A DNA stretch of 27,023 bases from an uncultured Ardenticatenaceae bacterium (GTDB taxonomy: Bacteria > Chloroflexota > Anaerolineae > Promineifilales > Promineifilaceae), in contig CAYSDT010000001.1 in the NCBI GenBank assembly GCA_964429835.1, forward strand, positions 1 to 27,023, in the 5' to 3' direction. Every line of letters begins with the position of its first letter. Positions within the stretch are counted from its first letter, which is position 1. The notes under the pieces were generated by a model. The model was not told where the DNA came from. It ran no database searches and worked only from the letters and a program-made list of their open reading frames with translations. The position numbers and the translations under genes were made by a program. This document shows positions 7,502-16,191 of this stretch, piece after piece.

Positions 7502-10500
7502 TAATTCTCCGACTGTCCATTTTCTACTGACGCAAGCGCATCAGCTTCATCGGGTTCAGTCAAATAAACATAAGTTTGCCATCCCAATGCGCGTCCAATT
7601 TCTTGGGCGGCAATACGCAGGATGGATTCGGGGTCAACGGCCGTGTTGACCTGACTGCTAATTTCGCGCATGGTTTGCTCACGACGGGCGCGTTGCTGTG
7701 TGGCCTCAAACTGACGCACGTTCTGCACCGCTACACCAACTGTCCCCGCCAACGTGCCTAACAAGCGTTGATCATCTTCATTATAGATGCGTTGTCCCTC
7801 GCCATGATTCGAGCCGATGCCAATCGCACCTACAAGATCATCACCGACAATCATTGGTACACCCAAGAAAGAGTTAAGCGAAGTGGCGCGGTCGTCACCT
7901 AAACGGCCGCCTTGCGCGGTGTATTCGTCGGCAGACCTGCCTTCGCTGTTAAAAATGAACGGCTTGCGCGTCAAAATGACCCGCTCTGTAAAGCCGCCAT
8001 CCGCATCGGCGTGACGTGAGGGGACATCAAGATCGCCTTCCTCATCACTGTGGTAATAGGGGAAATCAATCCGCTCATCGGCTGGATCATACAGGGCAAA
8101 AAAGATGCTGGTGGCAGCTAATGCGCTCTGAATACGCTGCCCAGCAGTGCTAAACAGTGAATCCAAATCCAGTTGAGCAGATACAATTTCGCTGATTTCG
8201 TTGAGCAATGCCAATTCGGAGGCGCGTAAATCAAGGTTTTGCCGCCCTAGTTCGGTCACTTCCAACAATCGCGCCCGTTCCAGTGCCTCAGCGACTTGGC
8301 GTGCGGCTGATTCCAGCAATAGTTGCTGGTCGTCGCTCAGTGGCTCGCCAGATGGGTTGCGTGCGCTCAAGCCGCCGATGGTGATGCCTTGTACAGTTAA
8401 TGGGGAAACGGCCGTTTTTCCCTCCGCAAACACCTCATCATCACCCTGTTCAACCGCCTGTACCGTATGCTGATCGTACAGATACCCTTGCACAGTTCGG
8501 CTCTGATTGGTCATAAACGCTTCCCAGTTCTTGCGGGAGACAATCTGTTGTAATTGGGTTAAATCAGCCAACGCCTCTTGCGCTTCCTGATATTGCGCCA
8601 CATTTCGCAATGCGGCCGCGATCTGCGAAGCCAGCGTTAGCTGTACATTGATGTCAATGTCAGAGAAGTGGTTCAACTCATCGGAATGTAAGTTAATCAC
8701 ACCCAGTAATTCGCGGCCAAGAATCAGCGGTACGGCCAAAATGGCGCGGGTATCTGGCAAATCAGGCATGGCTATATAGCTTGGTTCAAGCTGCACGTCG
8801 TTGGCAAATAGGGCTTTGCGCTGATGGGCGGCGTGCGAAATAATGCAGGTTTGCTCATCTACAGATATGGTGGGCATATCGTCTGTGGAAGGATGGTTTT
8901 GGGGGTCAGAAACGGCCGTTAATCGCAACATCCGCGTCTGTTCATGCAGCATGAAAATCTGCACATGGTAAAGAGTAAATTTTTCCCGCATCGCGTCAGC
9001 CACAAATTGCAACATTTCATCACGGTTCATCAGACCAGCCGCCGAACGGCTGATTTCTGTCACCAGTTGCAGTTCACGCGCCTGTTTGGCAAACGTATTT
9101 GCCGTGCGCTTGCTCACGATAACATTTGCCAACGTATTGGCAAACAGCGACGTCAATTCTGGCTCATACACACGCATCGGCTTTTGGGAGAATAAATTAT
9201 CAACAGCCAGCCAGCCGATGGGCTGCTCGCCATCCAATAATACGGCCGCAATTTGCCAACCATGCCCGACAATGTCCCCTTCGTGACGCAGATCTAACGC
9301 AGGGCTTACCTGCCGCCCCTGCCGAATTTTCACGATGGATGCCGCCCATGAATCGGTAAATGGAATTTGGAAATGGTGGGCATCATACACGTTCCCATCT
9401 TGCCCCATTCCAAATGTTCCCATCATCAAATCGCGATCTTCGTCAATCAGCCACAATCGTATGCGATCAAACTGTAATTTTTCACGTCCAACGGCAACAG
9501 CCTGTTCATACATCAGTTCTAATGTATCCAAACCGCTCAAATCGGTGCTGATTTCATGGAGAAGTGTTAATTTAGCCTGAAAATCGCGGGCAGATTGTTC
9601 GCTGTTTCTCAGCGCCGTTGCCGCCGCATTACGCTCGGTGATGTCGCGCATGGTAATGCTGAATCCAGCCACATTGCCGTCAGCATCATAGTTAATGCCG
9701 ACCGTCTCTTCCACTGGTGTCAATGTTCCGCCCCGCACTTGCAACATCGCTTCTGTAGACCAACTGCCTTGCTCGATGGCAATCGGCAAGCCAACCTGCA
9801 TCAGTTTGGCCGCCTCTTCTGGCGCGTACAAGCTGCTGCTATTTATGCCAGAAATATCGTGGTCGGCTGGCAGTCCCATCATCTGTAGGCCAGATGGATT
9901 GATGTATAAGGCGTTGCCATCCAATGTGCCTACGCCAATAAAATCAGGGTGGTTTTCAACAATACCAGCCAACAATCGCGCTTGCTCGGCCAGTCGTTGG
10001 CTTTCAATGGTGACAGCTAACAAGCTGGAAATCTGAAGGATAAAGCCGACATCAATGGAACGGAAAGCATCTTTCTGTGTACTGCCGATATTAAGAACGC
10101 CAAAGGCGGTCACGCCCATAGAAAGCGGGGCGGTTATGACACTTTTGATATTGTTACTCTCCCATCGTCCGCTGTCGGCAAAGTCGGATAACGGCCGTTC
10201 ATCGGGCAAGCGTATCATTCTATTTTCAGTAACGGCCGTTCCAGCCACCGTTGCCGTCACTGGCAAAGATTTCCCAACAGCCACTGTCTCAGTCATCCCG
10301 CTCGTTGATACAACCTCAAGTTCTGTTCCCAAATCAGACAGAAGCAGAATCGCAACACGATCCGCCTTCATAAGTTCCATCACATGCGTTCCCGCAATGC
10401 GATACACATCTTCCAAGTTATTGGCGACCGTCAAAGATGCGCTTAACTCGTTTAATAACGAAAGATTGCGTGATTGCTGCTCACTGGCGGCCAATGTGTC

Positions 10501-12768
10501 GGCTAACACGACCTGTTGTTGTTCCACACGCTCAAATGTGCGTGCATTTTGAAGTGCGAGTGCGGTCTGGGTGGCGATAGCTTGCAACAACCCAACCGTT
10601 TCATCATCAAACACATTAACAACATTATGTTGAATATCTAAAATACCCAACACCTGCTCACCAATGGCGATGGGAACGGCAATTTCACCTTTCGTATCAG
10701 GCAAATCGGCGTTATACAGCCAGACGTCATCTTGCGTCACATCGTTAATCGAAATCGTCTCGTTATCAAGAGCCGCACGACCAACAATCCCTTGTCCCAT
10801 TGGCAATTGATGACCAGCAGCCAACATCCGTTGCCCAACCTCGCCGCTGCCGCCACGCAATTCAAGGTATTCGCCATCATTATCAAGCAAAAACAGTTGG
10901 GCGTGATAGTAGCCAAAGGCATCAGACATTTGACGAACAACTTCTTCAACCAACTCTTCTACAGAGACGATGGTGGAGAGGGTGCGGCTGACTTCGGAAC
11001 TGGTCGTCAATGCTTGTGTACGACTGGTGACGCGATCTTCCAATGAACTGATAAAGTCGCGCAGTTGATCGGTCATACTGTTGAAAGCAATAGCCAGTGT
11101 GCCAATTTCGTCTTTGGTTTCAACAACGGCGTGTCGTTCAACGTCACCTTCTGCGATGGCAACGGCCGTTTCTGTCAAATGGTTAATCGGTCTTGTAATC
11201 CAACCCGCCGCATACGCCGCCACACCACTGCCAACCACAACGGCGATGATGCCCAACACCACACTGGCACGTTCCAACACCTCAACCGCTGCAAACGCCT
11301 CCACATACTCCTGCTGCACGGTAACCGCCCAATTCAGATCATCTATGGCTGGTAATTCACCATCTGTCTGCATCTCCGCCAAGACCAATATGCGCTGTAC
11401 ATCATTGACCTCAGCAATAAGTAATTCACCTGGATTTGCGCGTAACTGTTCTAAATCCATTCCAACTGCTGTTGGTCGCAAAACATGGCGATTAAACCCC
11501 TCATTAAAGGTGGCTATTCGATCATCAAAAATGAAAATCACCCGCCCTGTATCGCCCAAATCATGCATCAATGCCAACAATGATTCTAGTGCAAATGATG
11601 TATACAGCACGCCAACAACACTATTTGTATCGGCCGTGTAAATGGGCAAGGCGATGGGAATAACCATCGCCTCAAGCTCGCGGTCATATTCTGGCTGCCC
11701 AATATAAATATCACCGGAGCCGTCGTTGTACGCCGCTTGCCACCATTCCGTATCTGCATATGCGTATTGGTCGGGTATGTACGTTGTCCCAGCCAACGCT
11801 CCATATTTATCTGTCACCATCACGCCTAAATAATCAGGAAATAAGTATTGAAATGTAGCCAATGTACGCGAGGATGCGTTACGCAAGATGGGTGCTACCA
11901 AAGTAGGATCTGATTCCCATCGTGATTCAATATCATTGATAACAGCCAGCGCATCAGCTTCATCCCCATATTCCACATTTTGGTTGCGTATCAAGCCGCG
12001 CAAGGTGCTGTCTAACCCTAATGTTTCCAACACACGCACCTGCTGTATCAACAGTTGGCTGGCTGTCGCCGCGTCTGATTGACCAAGAAGGGTCAACTGT
12101 TCCCCTAATCGGTAGGTTAATGATTGACGAACGATGCTATTGCTAATCACTGTTGTCAACATAACAACGAGTGTAATCAACATAACAGATGCTGAAATCA
12201 GCTTGCCTTGCAGCGTGAAGTTAGGGAATTGGATGACAGCCATCACAAGAGCAAACGTCATCGTGAGAAGCGCACCAAGATAAACGATAGTCGTATCGGT
12301 CGTGCCAAGCACATTGCGCGTAAACGGCCAGTACAGATCGGCAAGGATGATGAGGATACCTGTAATCGTAATCAGAGCGATGCCCCTCGCCATCTTCCCG
12401 GCTGGCAATATCTGACTGGAAATAATAGCAAGTATGGCGATAAAGCTAACGGTGAGCGGCAGTCCAACAGAGGCGTATATGGATACCAAGTATAAATCGA
12501 GGGCGTAAATAGTAACGGCCGTTATTGCCATCGCCACAACGGTCTTCCCTTTTTTAGCAAGATAGGCAGCACCAAACATCACAACCCCGACAGCCACGCC
12601 CGCAACGGCTTCAATAAACCGTTCATCGTTTAATAGTGCCATCGCTAAAATCAGTAAGGACGCGCCCCCGGTTATGGCCGCAAGAACAAGTAGAATGATA
12701 AACGCACGTCGATTACGTTTATCCTGCACGTCTACTTCTTGTGTTGGCTGTTGTTCAATTATTGTCAT
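7501..12768 (-). CDS. Membrane sensor-like protein (1755 aa): ~6 TM, dCache-like extracytoplasmic domain, TM, HAMP, GAF, GAF, PAS, GAF, GAF, Trp half-GAF module, GAF, partial-GAF tail
   Basis: Hydrophobic N-terminal ~210 aa. Cache-like segment VMVTDKYG...DTEWWQAAY...IYIGQPEYD...IALPI. HAMP ITRPINHLTETAVAIAEGD...DEIGTLAIAFNSMT. PAS ending ITMRDITER. Repeated GAF closing helices. No catalytic output motif. Confidence 0.93.
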   Translation of the reverse strand: MTIIEQQPTQEVDVQDKRNRRAFIILLVLAAITGGASLLILAMALLNDERFIEAVAGVAVGVVMFGAAYLAKKGKTVVAMAITAVTIYALDLYLVSIYASVGLPLTVSFIAILAIISSQILPAGKMARGIALITITGILIILADLYWPFTRNVLGTTDTTIVYLGALLTMTFALVMAVIQFPNFTLQGKLISASVMLITLVVMLTTVISNSIVRQSLTYRLGEQLTLLGQSDAATASQLLIQQVRVLETLGLDSTLRGLIRNQNVEYGDEADALAVINDIESRWESDPTLVAPILRNASSRTLATFQYLFPDYLGVMVTDKYGALAGTTYIPDQYAYADTEWWQAAYNDGSGDIYIGQPEYDRELEAMVIPIALPIYTADTNSVVGVLYTSFALESLLALMHDLGDTGRVIFIFDDRIATFNEGFNRHVLRPTAVGMDLEQLRANPGELLIAEVNDVQRILVLAEMQTDGELPAIDDLNWAVTVQQEYVEAFAAVEVLERASVVLGIIAVVVGSGVAAYAAGWITRPINHLTETAVAIAEGDVERHAVVETKDEIGTLAIAFNSMTDQLRDFISSLEDRVTSRTQALTTSSEVSRTLSTIVSVEELVEEVVRQMSDAFGYYHAQLFLLDNDGEYLELRGGSGEVGQRMLAAGHQLPMGQGIVGRAALDNETISINDVTQDDVWLYNADLPDTKGEIAVPIAIGEQVLGILDIQHNVVNVFDDETVGLLQAIATQTALALQNARTFERVEQQQVVLADTLAASEQQSRNLSLLNELSASLTVANNLEDVYRIAGTHVMELMKADRVAILLLSDLGTELEVVSTSGMTETVAVGKSLPVTATVAGTAVTENRMIRLPDERPLSDFADSGRWESNNIKSVITAPLSMGVTAFGVLNIGSTQKDAFRSIDVGFILQISSLLAVTIESQRLAEQARLLAGIVENHPDFIGVGTLDGNALYINPSGLQMMGLPADHDISGINSSSLYAPEEAAKLMQVGLPIAIEQGSWSTEAMLQVRGGTLTPVEETVGINYDADGNVAGFSITMRDITERNAAATALRNSEQSARDFQAKLTLLHEISTDLSGLDTLELMYEQAVAVGREKLQFDRIRLWLIDEDRDLMMGTFGMGQDGNVYDAHHFQIPFTDSWAASIVKIRQGRQVSPALDLRHEGDIVGHGWQIAAVLLDGEQPIGWLAVDNLFSQKPMRVYEPELTSLFANTLANVIVSKRTANTFAKQARELQLVTEISRSAAGLMNRDEMLQFVADAMREKFTLYHVQIFMLHEQTRMLRLTAVSDPQNHPSTDDMPTISVDEQTCIISHAAHQRKALFANDVQLEPSYIAMPDLPDTRAILAVPLILGRELLGVINLHSDELNHFSDIDINVQLTLASQIAAALRNVAQYQEAQEALADLTQLQQIVSRKNWEAFMTNQSRTVQGYLYDQHTVQAVEQGDDEVFAEGKTAVSPLTVQGITIGGLSARNPSGEPLSDDQQLLLESAARQVAEALERARLLEVTELGRQNLDLRASELALLNEISEIVSAQLDLDSLFSTAGQRIQSALAATSIFFALYDPADERIDFPYYHSDEEGDLDVPSRHADADGGFTERVILTRKPFIFNSEGRSADEYTAQGGRLGDDRATSLNSFLGVPMIVGDDLVGAIGIGSNHGEGQRIYNEDDQRLLGTLAGTVGVAVQNVRQFEATQQRARREQTMREISSQVNTAVDPESILRIAAQEIGRALGWQTYVYLTEPDEADALASVENGQSEN

Positions 12769-12774
12769 AATCTG

Positions 12775-15700
12775 TTACCCAACGTCTTTAGCATCTACGC
12801 TGCTATCCATACTCACGGTATCATCTAAATAGGCAAATATCTCTAATCCCATCGCCTGACCAACTTCTTTAACGGCCGTTTTCAATACAGATTCTGCATC
12901 AACGGCCGTGTTCACACGGTTCGTAATCTGGCGCAATGTTTGCTCACGCCCCGCCCGCTTCTGCGTTTCATCCAGCAAATTGCGATTTTCAATGGCAACA
13001 GTCGCCTGTATACCAAATGCGGTAAGCAAATCTACCTCTGCCTGCGAAAAATCAGGTTGATCAAGTTGATTGATAGCCGTCAATGTTCCCAAAATTTTAT
13101 CTTGATAAATTAGCGGCACAACGATAAGCGAGCCAACATCATGTCCCAAGCGATATTCGTGTGCCATTGCGCTTTCGCGCTCATCACGCATAAATTTAGG
13201 TGCAAAAGCGGTCTTGCGCTCGCGCAATGTCCAGCCGCTCAACCCGTTCCATATATCGCTAAAGCTAACATCCAGATCAACCTTTTCGCGCCCCACACCG
13301 CCAGCGACAGTATGCTCCACGACCTCTTCATCTACATCACAAAGCAATAAAAGCAATTGATTGGCATTGATAGACTCTGCCGCACCATCGGCAATTATGC
13401 GTAATAGCTCCGTATTGGTTTCAATGGTTGGCAATACGCGGCCAATGTTGTACAGCGTTTCGGTATGGTGACGGGCTTGCTCAATTTCCTCAAAGAAGCG
13501 GGCGCGTTCCAACGCCTCTCCAACTTGTGTGGAGATGGAGTCCAGCAACTCCTGGTCAGCCTTTGACAGACTGCCCGCATCGGCTCGTATAGCAATTTTG
13601 CCAATTTGTGTGCCGCGCACGCTCATGGGCATGATGATGTGGTCGCTGTTGTCGATTTGTAAACGGCCGTTTTCCGTCATTACCTGCACCCCATCGGCCG
13701 TTGCCACATACCCATCCTGCTTGGCAAGCGTGCGCCATCCTTCCTGCGCCGCCGCCCGTTGCAGCGCATTCACCTCATCAAGCGCGATCTGTGTTCGCTC
13801 GTACTGTTGCGCGTTTTGCAACGCAATCCCAATTTGCGTCGCCAATGTGGTGTAAACAATCACCTTCTCTTCAGAAAACGCATATGGCATTACCGACTGC
13901 ACATCCAACACACCTAACAATATGTCACCACTCTGCATCGGGATGGCTAACTCGGCTGCCACGTCGGGCAGTAAAGGATGGGAAACAAAATTAAGTTCTG
14001 TTCTAACATCGTTTAGCACGACAGGTTGACGTTGCAATGCGGCACGGGCAACCAATGAATAGGGATTATTGATATGCAAAGCGTGTTGATTGGCAACCAA
14101 TTGCGCCCCAACTTCACCAGCACCCACCGTTGAAAGCAGTTCCTGATTCAATTCATCCAAAATAAGGATGTGTACATGGTAAAGGTTGAATTTCTCTTTG
14201 ATTAAATCAACCGTTGTCTGCATTAAAGAAAGGGGGTCGCGCATGGCAGAAACGACAGATCCCACTTCTGTCACTATTTGTAGATCCTCATTGTTCGCCT
14301 GTGTTTGCGCCAGCAAAAACTGTGTTTGCAAATAAGCAGTAATACGCTGCCCCACACCACCGATTAACATGCTGTCTTCATTTTCAAACTCGTAAATCGG
14401 ATCATATGCCACCGTAATATGACCAATATGGCGGCTCTGCACACGCATTTCCTCAATAATATGGCGTGGATTTTGCCCCGCATCAGCATCGCCATACAAC
14501 TGCCCATCCCACGAAATAGAAGCGGTACAACCCTCTGCATGGCTCATCGCTGTCGGGATTTCTGTCGCTGCCCACTCTAAAAATTCAGGGACAGGGCTGT
14601 TTTCTTCAATCTTGCGCCCAATACCATTAAACAGGTCAAGTTCTGCCAACCGTTCCTCCAGCATAATTTCAACTGCTTTAATTTCACTGATGTCCGTCGA
14701 AATACCAGCGACCGCATACGCCTCCCCTTGCTCATCAAGCAGTGGAAATTTAACAGAAATGTATGTGTGCATTCCATCTTCATGGGGAATATCTTCTTCG
14801 GAAGTGATGGTTTCCCGTTGCGCCAACACGGCAAGATCATTCTGACGTACAACATCGGCAATATCGGCTGAAAAAATATCGTGATCAGTTTTACCACTGA
14901 CTTCGTCGTTACTGACATTAAACAACTCTTCATACCGTCTGTTGACAAGCATGTATTTGCCGTCCGCGTGTTTGATGTAGATAACGGCCGTTGCATTGTT
15001 AATCACACCACCAAACAACGCCTCGCTAGATCGCAACGCCTCTTCCGCCAACTGTTGACGTGTAAACAAGAGTGCGTTTTCAATAGCGGCGGCTATCTGA
15101 CTGCCTATCGTCTCAAAGACAAGTACGGCTTCCTCATCAAACCCGCCTGCTTTGGCGTGATGCAACACCAATGTACCTAATACGCGAGTGCCTACCAGCA
15201 AGGGGACGACAATCTCTGATTGCGTGTCGGGCAATAATGGATGGGCGCGATAGGTGGGAGAAACGGCCGTTTCCATATCCAGCATCGCCCGTCGCCCCAG
15301 CACCGCCAACCCATTACTGGATGTCGATCTCACTGGCAATTGATGCGACCGCGCCAGCAGACGTTCACCGACTTCCCCAGTCGCCGCTTTCAGAATCAAT
15401 CTATCACCATGCAACGTAGAATCCAATAGATAAATTTGAACATGATACAGCCAATACCGCTCCTGAATCATATCAACAGCGTGCCGCATCAACGGTTCAA
15501 CATCACGCATCTGGGTGATAGTGCTGCCAATATCGGCGATATTAAGCAAATCATCAGCACGTCTGCGTGCCTGCCCATCCAATTCTGCTGACAGCGCAAT
15601 CGACTGTTGCGACTGCTCCTCTGCTAATTGACGTGCCTCTGTCAAGCTATGCACAATGACATATTGCAAAGCGGTAATGATGGCAAGAATAATCGTCCAA

Positions 15701-16191
15701 CTTACCGCATACGCATACGGAATCATCTCCCGTGAAACGAGCAATCCTGTTGCTTCTAAATAAGCAAAGCCCCACGCGGCGATGACACTCATTCCCGTGA
15801 TTACAAAGGTGACACGCCAACCCAGCAACATTGCCGTAATCAGGATAATAATGACATAAGCGGCGATGCCTAAATTTCGTGCGCCGCCAGTCAGCAACCC
15901 CAGCATCGTCAATATCCCCCATACCTCAACAACAAAAACAAGACTAATAGCGCGGACATACCCCTTTCGCATGATAAAAATCAAGCTGGCATTCAACGGG
16001 ACAGACGCAAGCAATAGCAACATCGGTGCGGATGTGAGGGAACGAATGCCAGCCAATACCTGCCCAGCAACAAGGGCAAACGAGCCTATCATAACGGCAA
16101 TCAGAAAGCCGTTTAAGAACGCAGCCGTGCGCGTCTTTTCAATATCATCAAAAACAGGGGGTGCCAATAGTCGTTTGATTTTTTCAAGCAT
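12775..16191 (-). CDS. Membrane sensor-like protein (1138 aa): ~5-6 TM, GAF, PAS, small GAF-like segment, GAF, Trp half-GAF module, GAF, partial-GAF tail
   Basis: TM-rich first ~180 aa. GAF motifs LYHVQIYLLD...TQSEIVVPLLVG and LYHVHILILD...ELAIPMQSGDILLGVLDVQS. PAS YMLVNRRYEELF...GKTDHDIF...VKFPL...ISTDISE. Start overlaps the upstream stop (TGATG at 16189-16193). Confidence 0.93.
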   Translation of the reverse strand: MLEKIKRLLAPPVFDDIEKTRTAAFLNGFLIAVMIGSFALVAGQVLAGIRSLTSAPMLLLLASVPLNASLIFIMRKGYVRAISLVFVVEVWGILTMLGLLTGGARNLGIAAYVIIILITAMLLGWRVTFVITGMSVIAAWGFAYLEATGLLVSREMIPYAYAVSWTIILAIITALQYVIVHSLTEARQLAEEQSQQSIALSAELDGQARRRADDLLNIADIGSTITQMRDVEPLMRHAVDMIQERYWLYHVQIYLLDSTLHGDRLILKAATGEVGERLLARSHQLPVRSTSSNGLAVLGRRAMLDMETAVSPTYRAHPLLPDTQSEIVVPLLVGTRVLGTLVLHHAKAGGFDEEAVLVFETIGSQIAAAIENALLFTRQQLAEEALRSSEALFGGVINNATAVIYIKHADGKYMLVNRRYEELFNVSNDEVSGKTDHDIFSADIADVVRQNDLAVLAQRETITSEEDIPHEDGMHTYISVKFPLLDEQGEAYAVAGISTDISEIKAVEIMLEERLAELDLFNGIGRKIEENSPVPEFLEWAATEIPTAMSHAEGCTASISWDGQLYGDADAGQNPRHIIEEMRVQSRHIGHITVAYDPIYEFENEDSMLIGGVGQRITAYLQTQFLLAQTQANNEDLQIVTEVGSVVSAMRDPLSLMQTTVDLIKEKFNLYHVHILILDELNQELLSTVGAGEVGAQLVANQHALHINNPYSLVARAALQRQPVVLNDVRTELNFVSHPLLPDVAAELAIPMQSGDILLGVLDVQSVMPYAFSEEKVIVYTTLATQIGIALQNAQQYERTQIALDEVNALQRAAAQEGWRTLAKQDGYVATADGVQVMTENGRLQIDNSDHIIMPMSVRGTQIGKIAIRADAGSLSKADQELLDSISTQVGEALERARFFEEIEQARHHTETLYNIGRVLPTIETNTELLRIIADGAAESINANQLLLLLCDVDEEVVEHTVAGGVGREKVDLDVSFSDIWNGLSGWTLRERKTAFAPKFMRDERESAMAHEYRLGHDVGSLIVVPLIYQDKILGTLTAINQLDQPDFSQAEVDLLTAFGIQATVAIENRNLLDETQKRAGREQTLRQITNRVNTAVDAESVLKTAVKEVGQAMGLEIFAYLDDTVSMDSSVDAKDVG

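Noticed and set aside
6180-7508. CRISPR array or full IS element
   Set aside because: The palindromes are not regularly spaced identical repeats, and no transposase or cas ORF is present.
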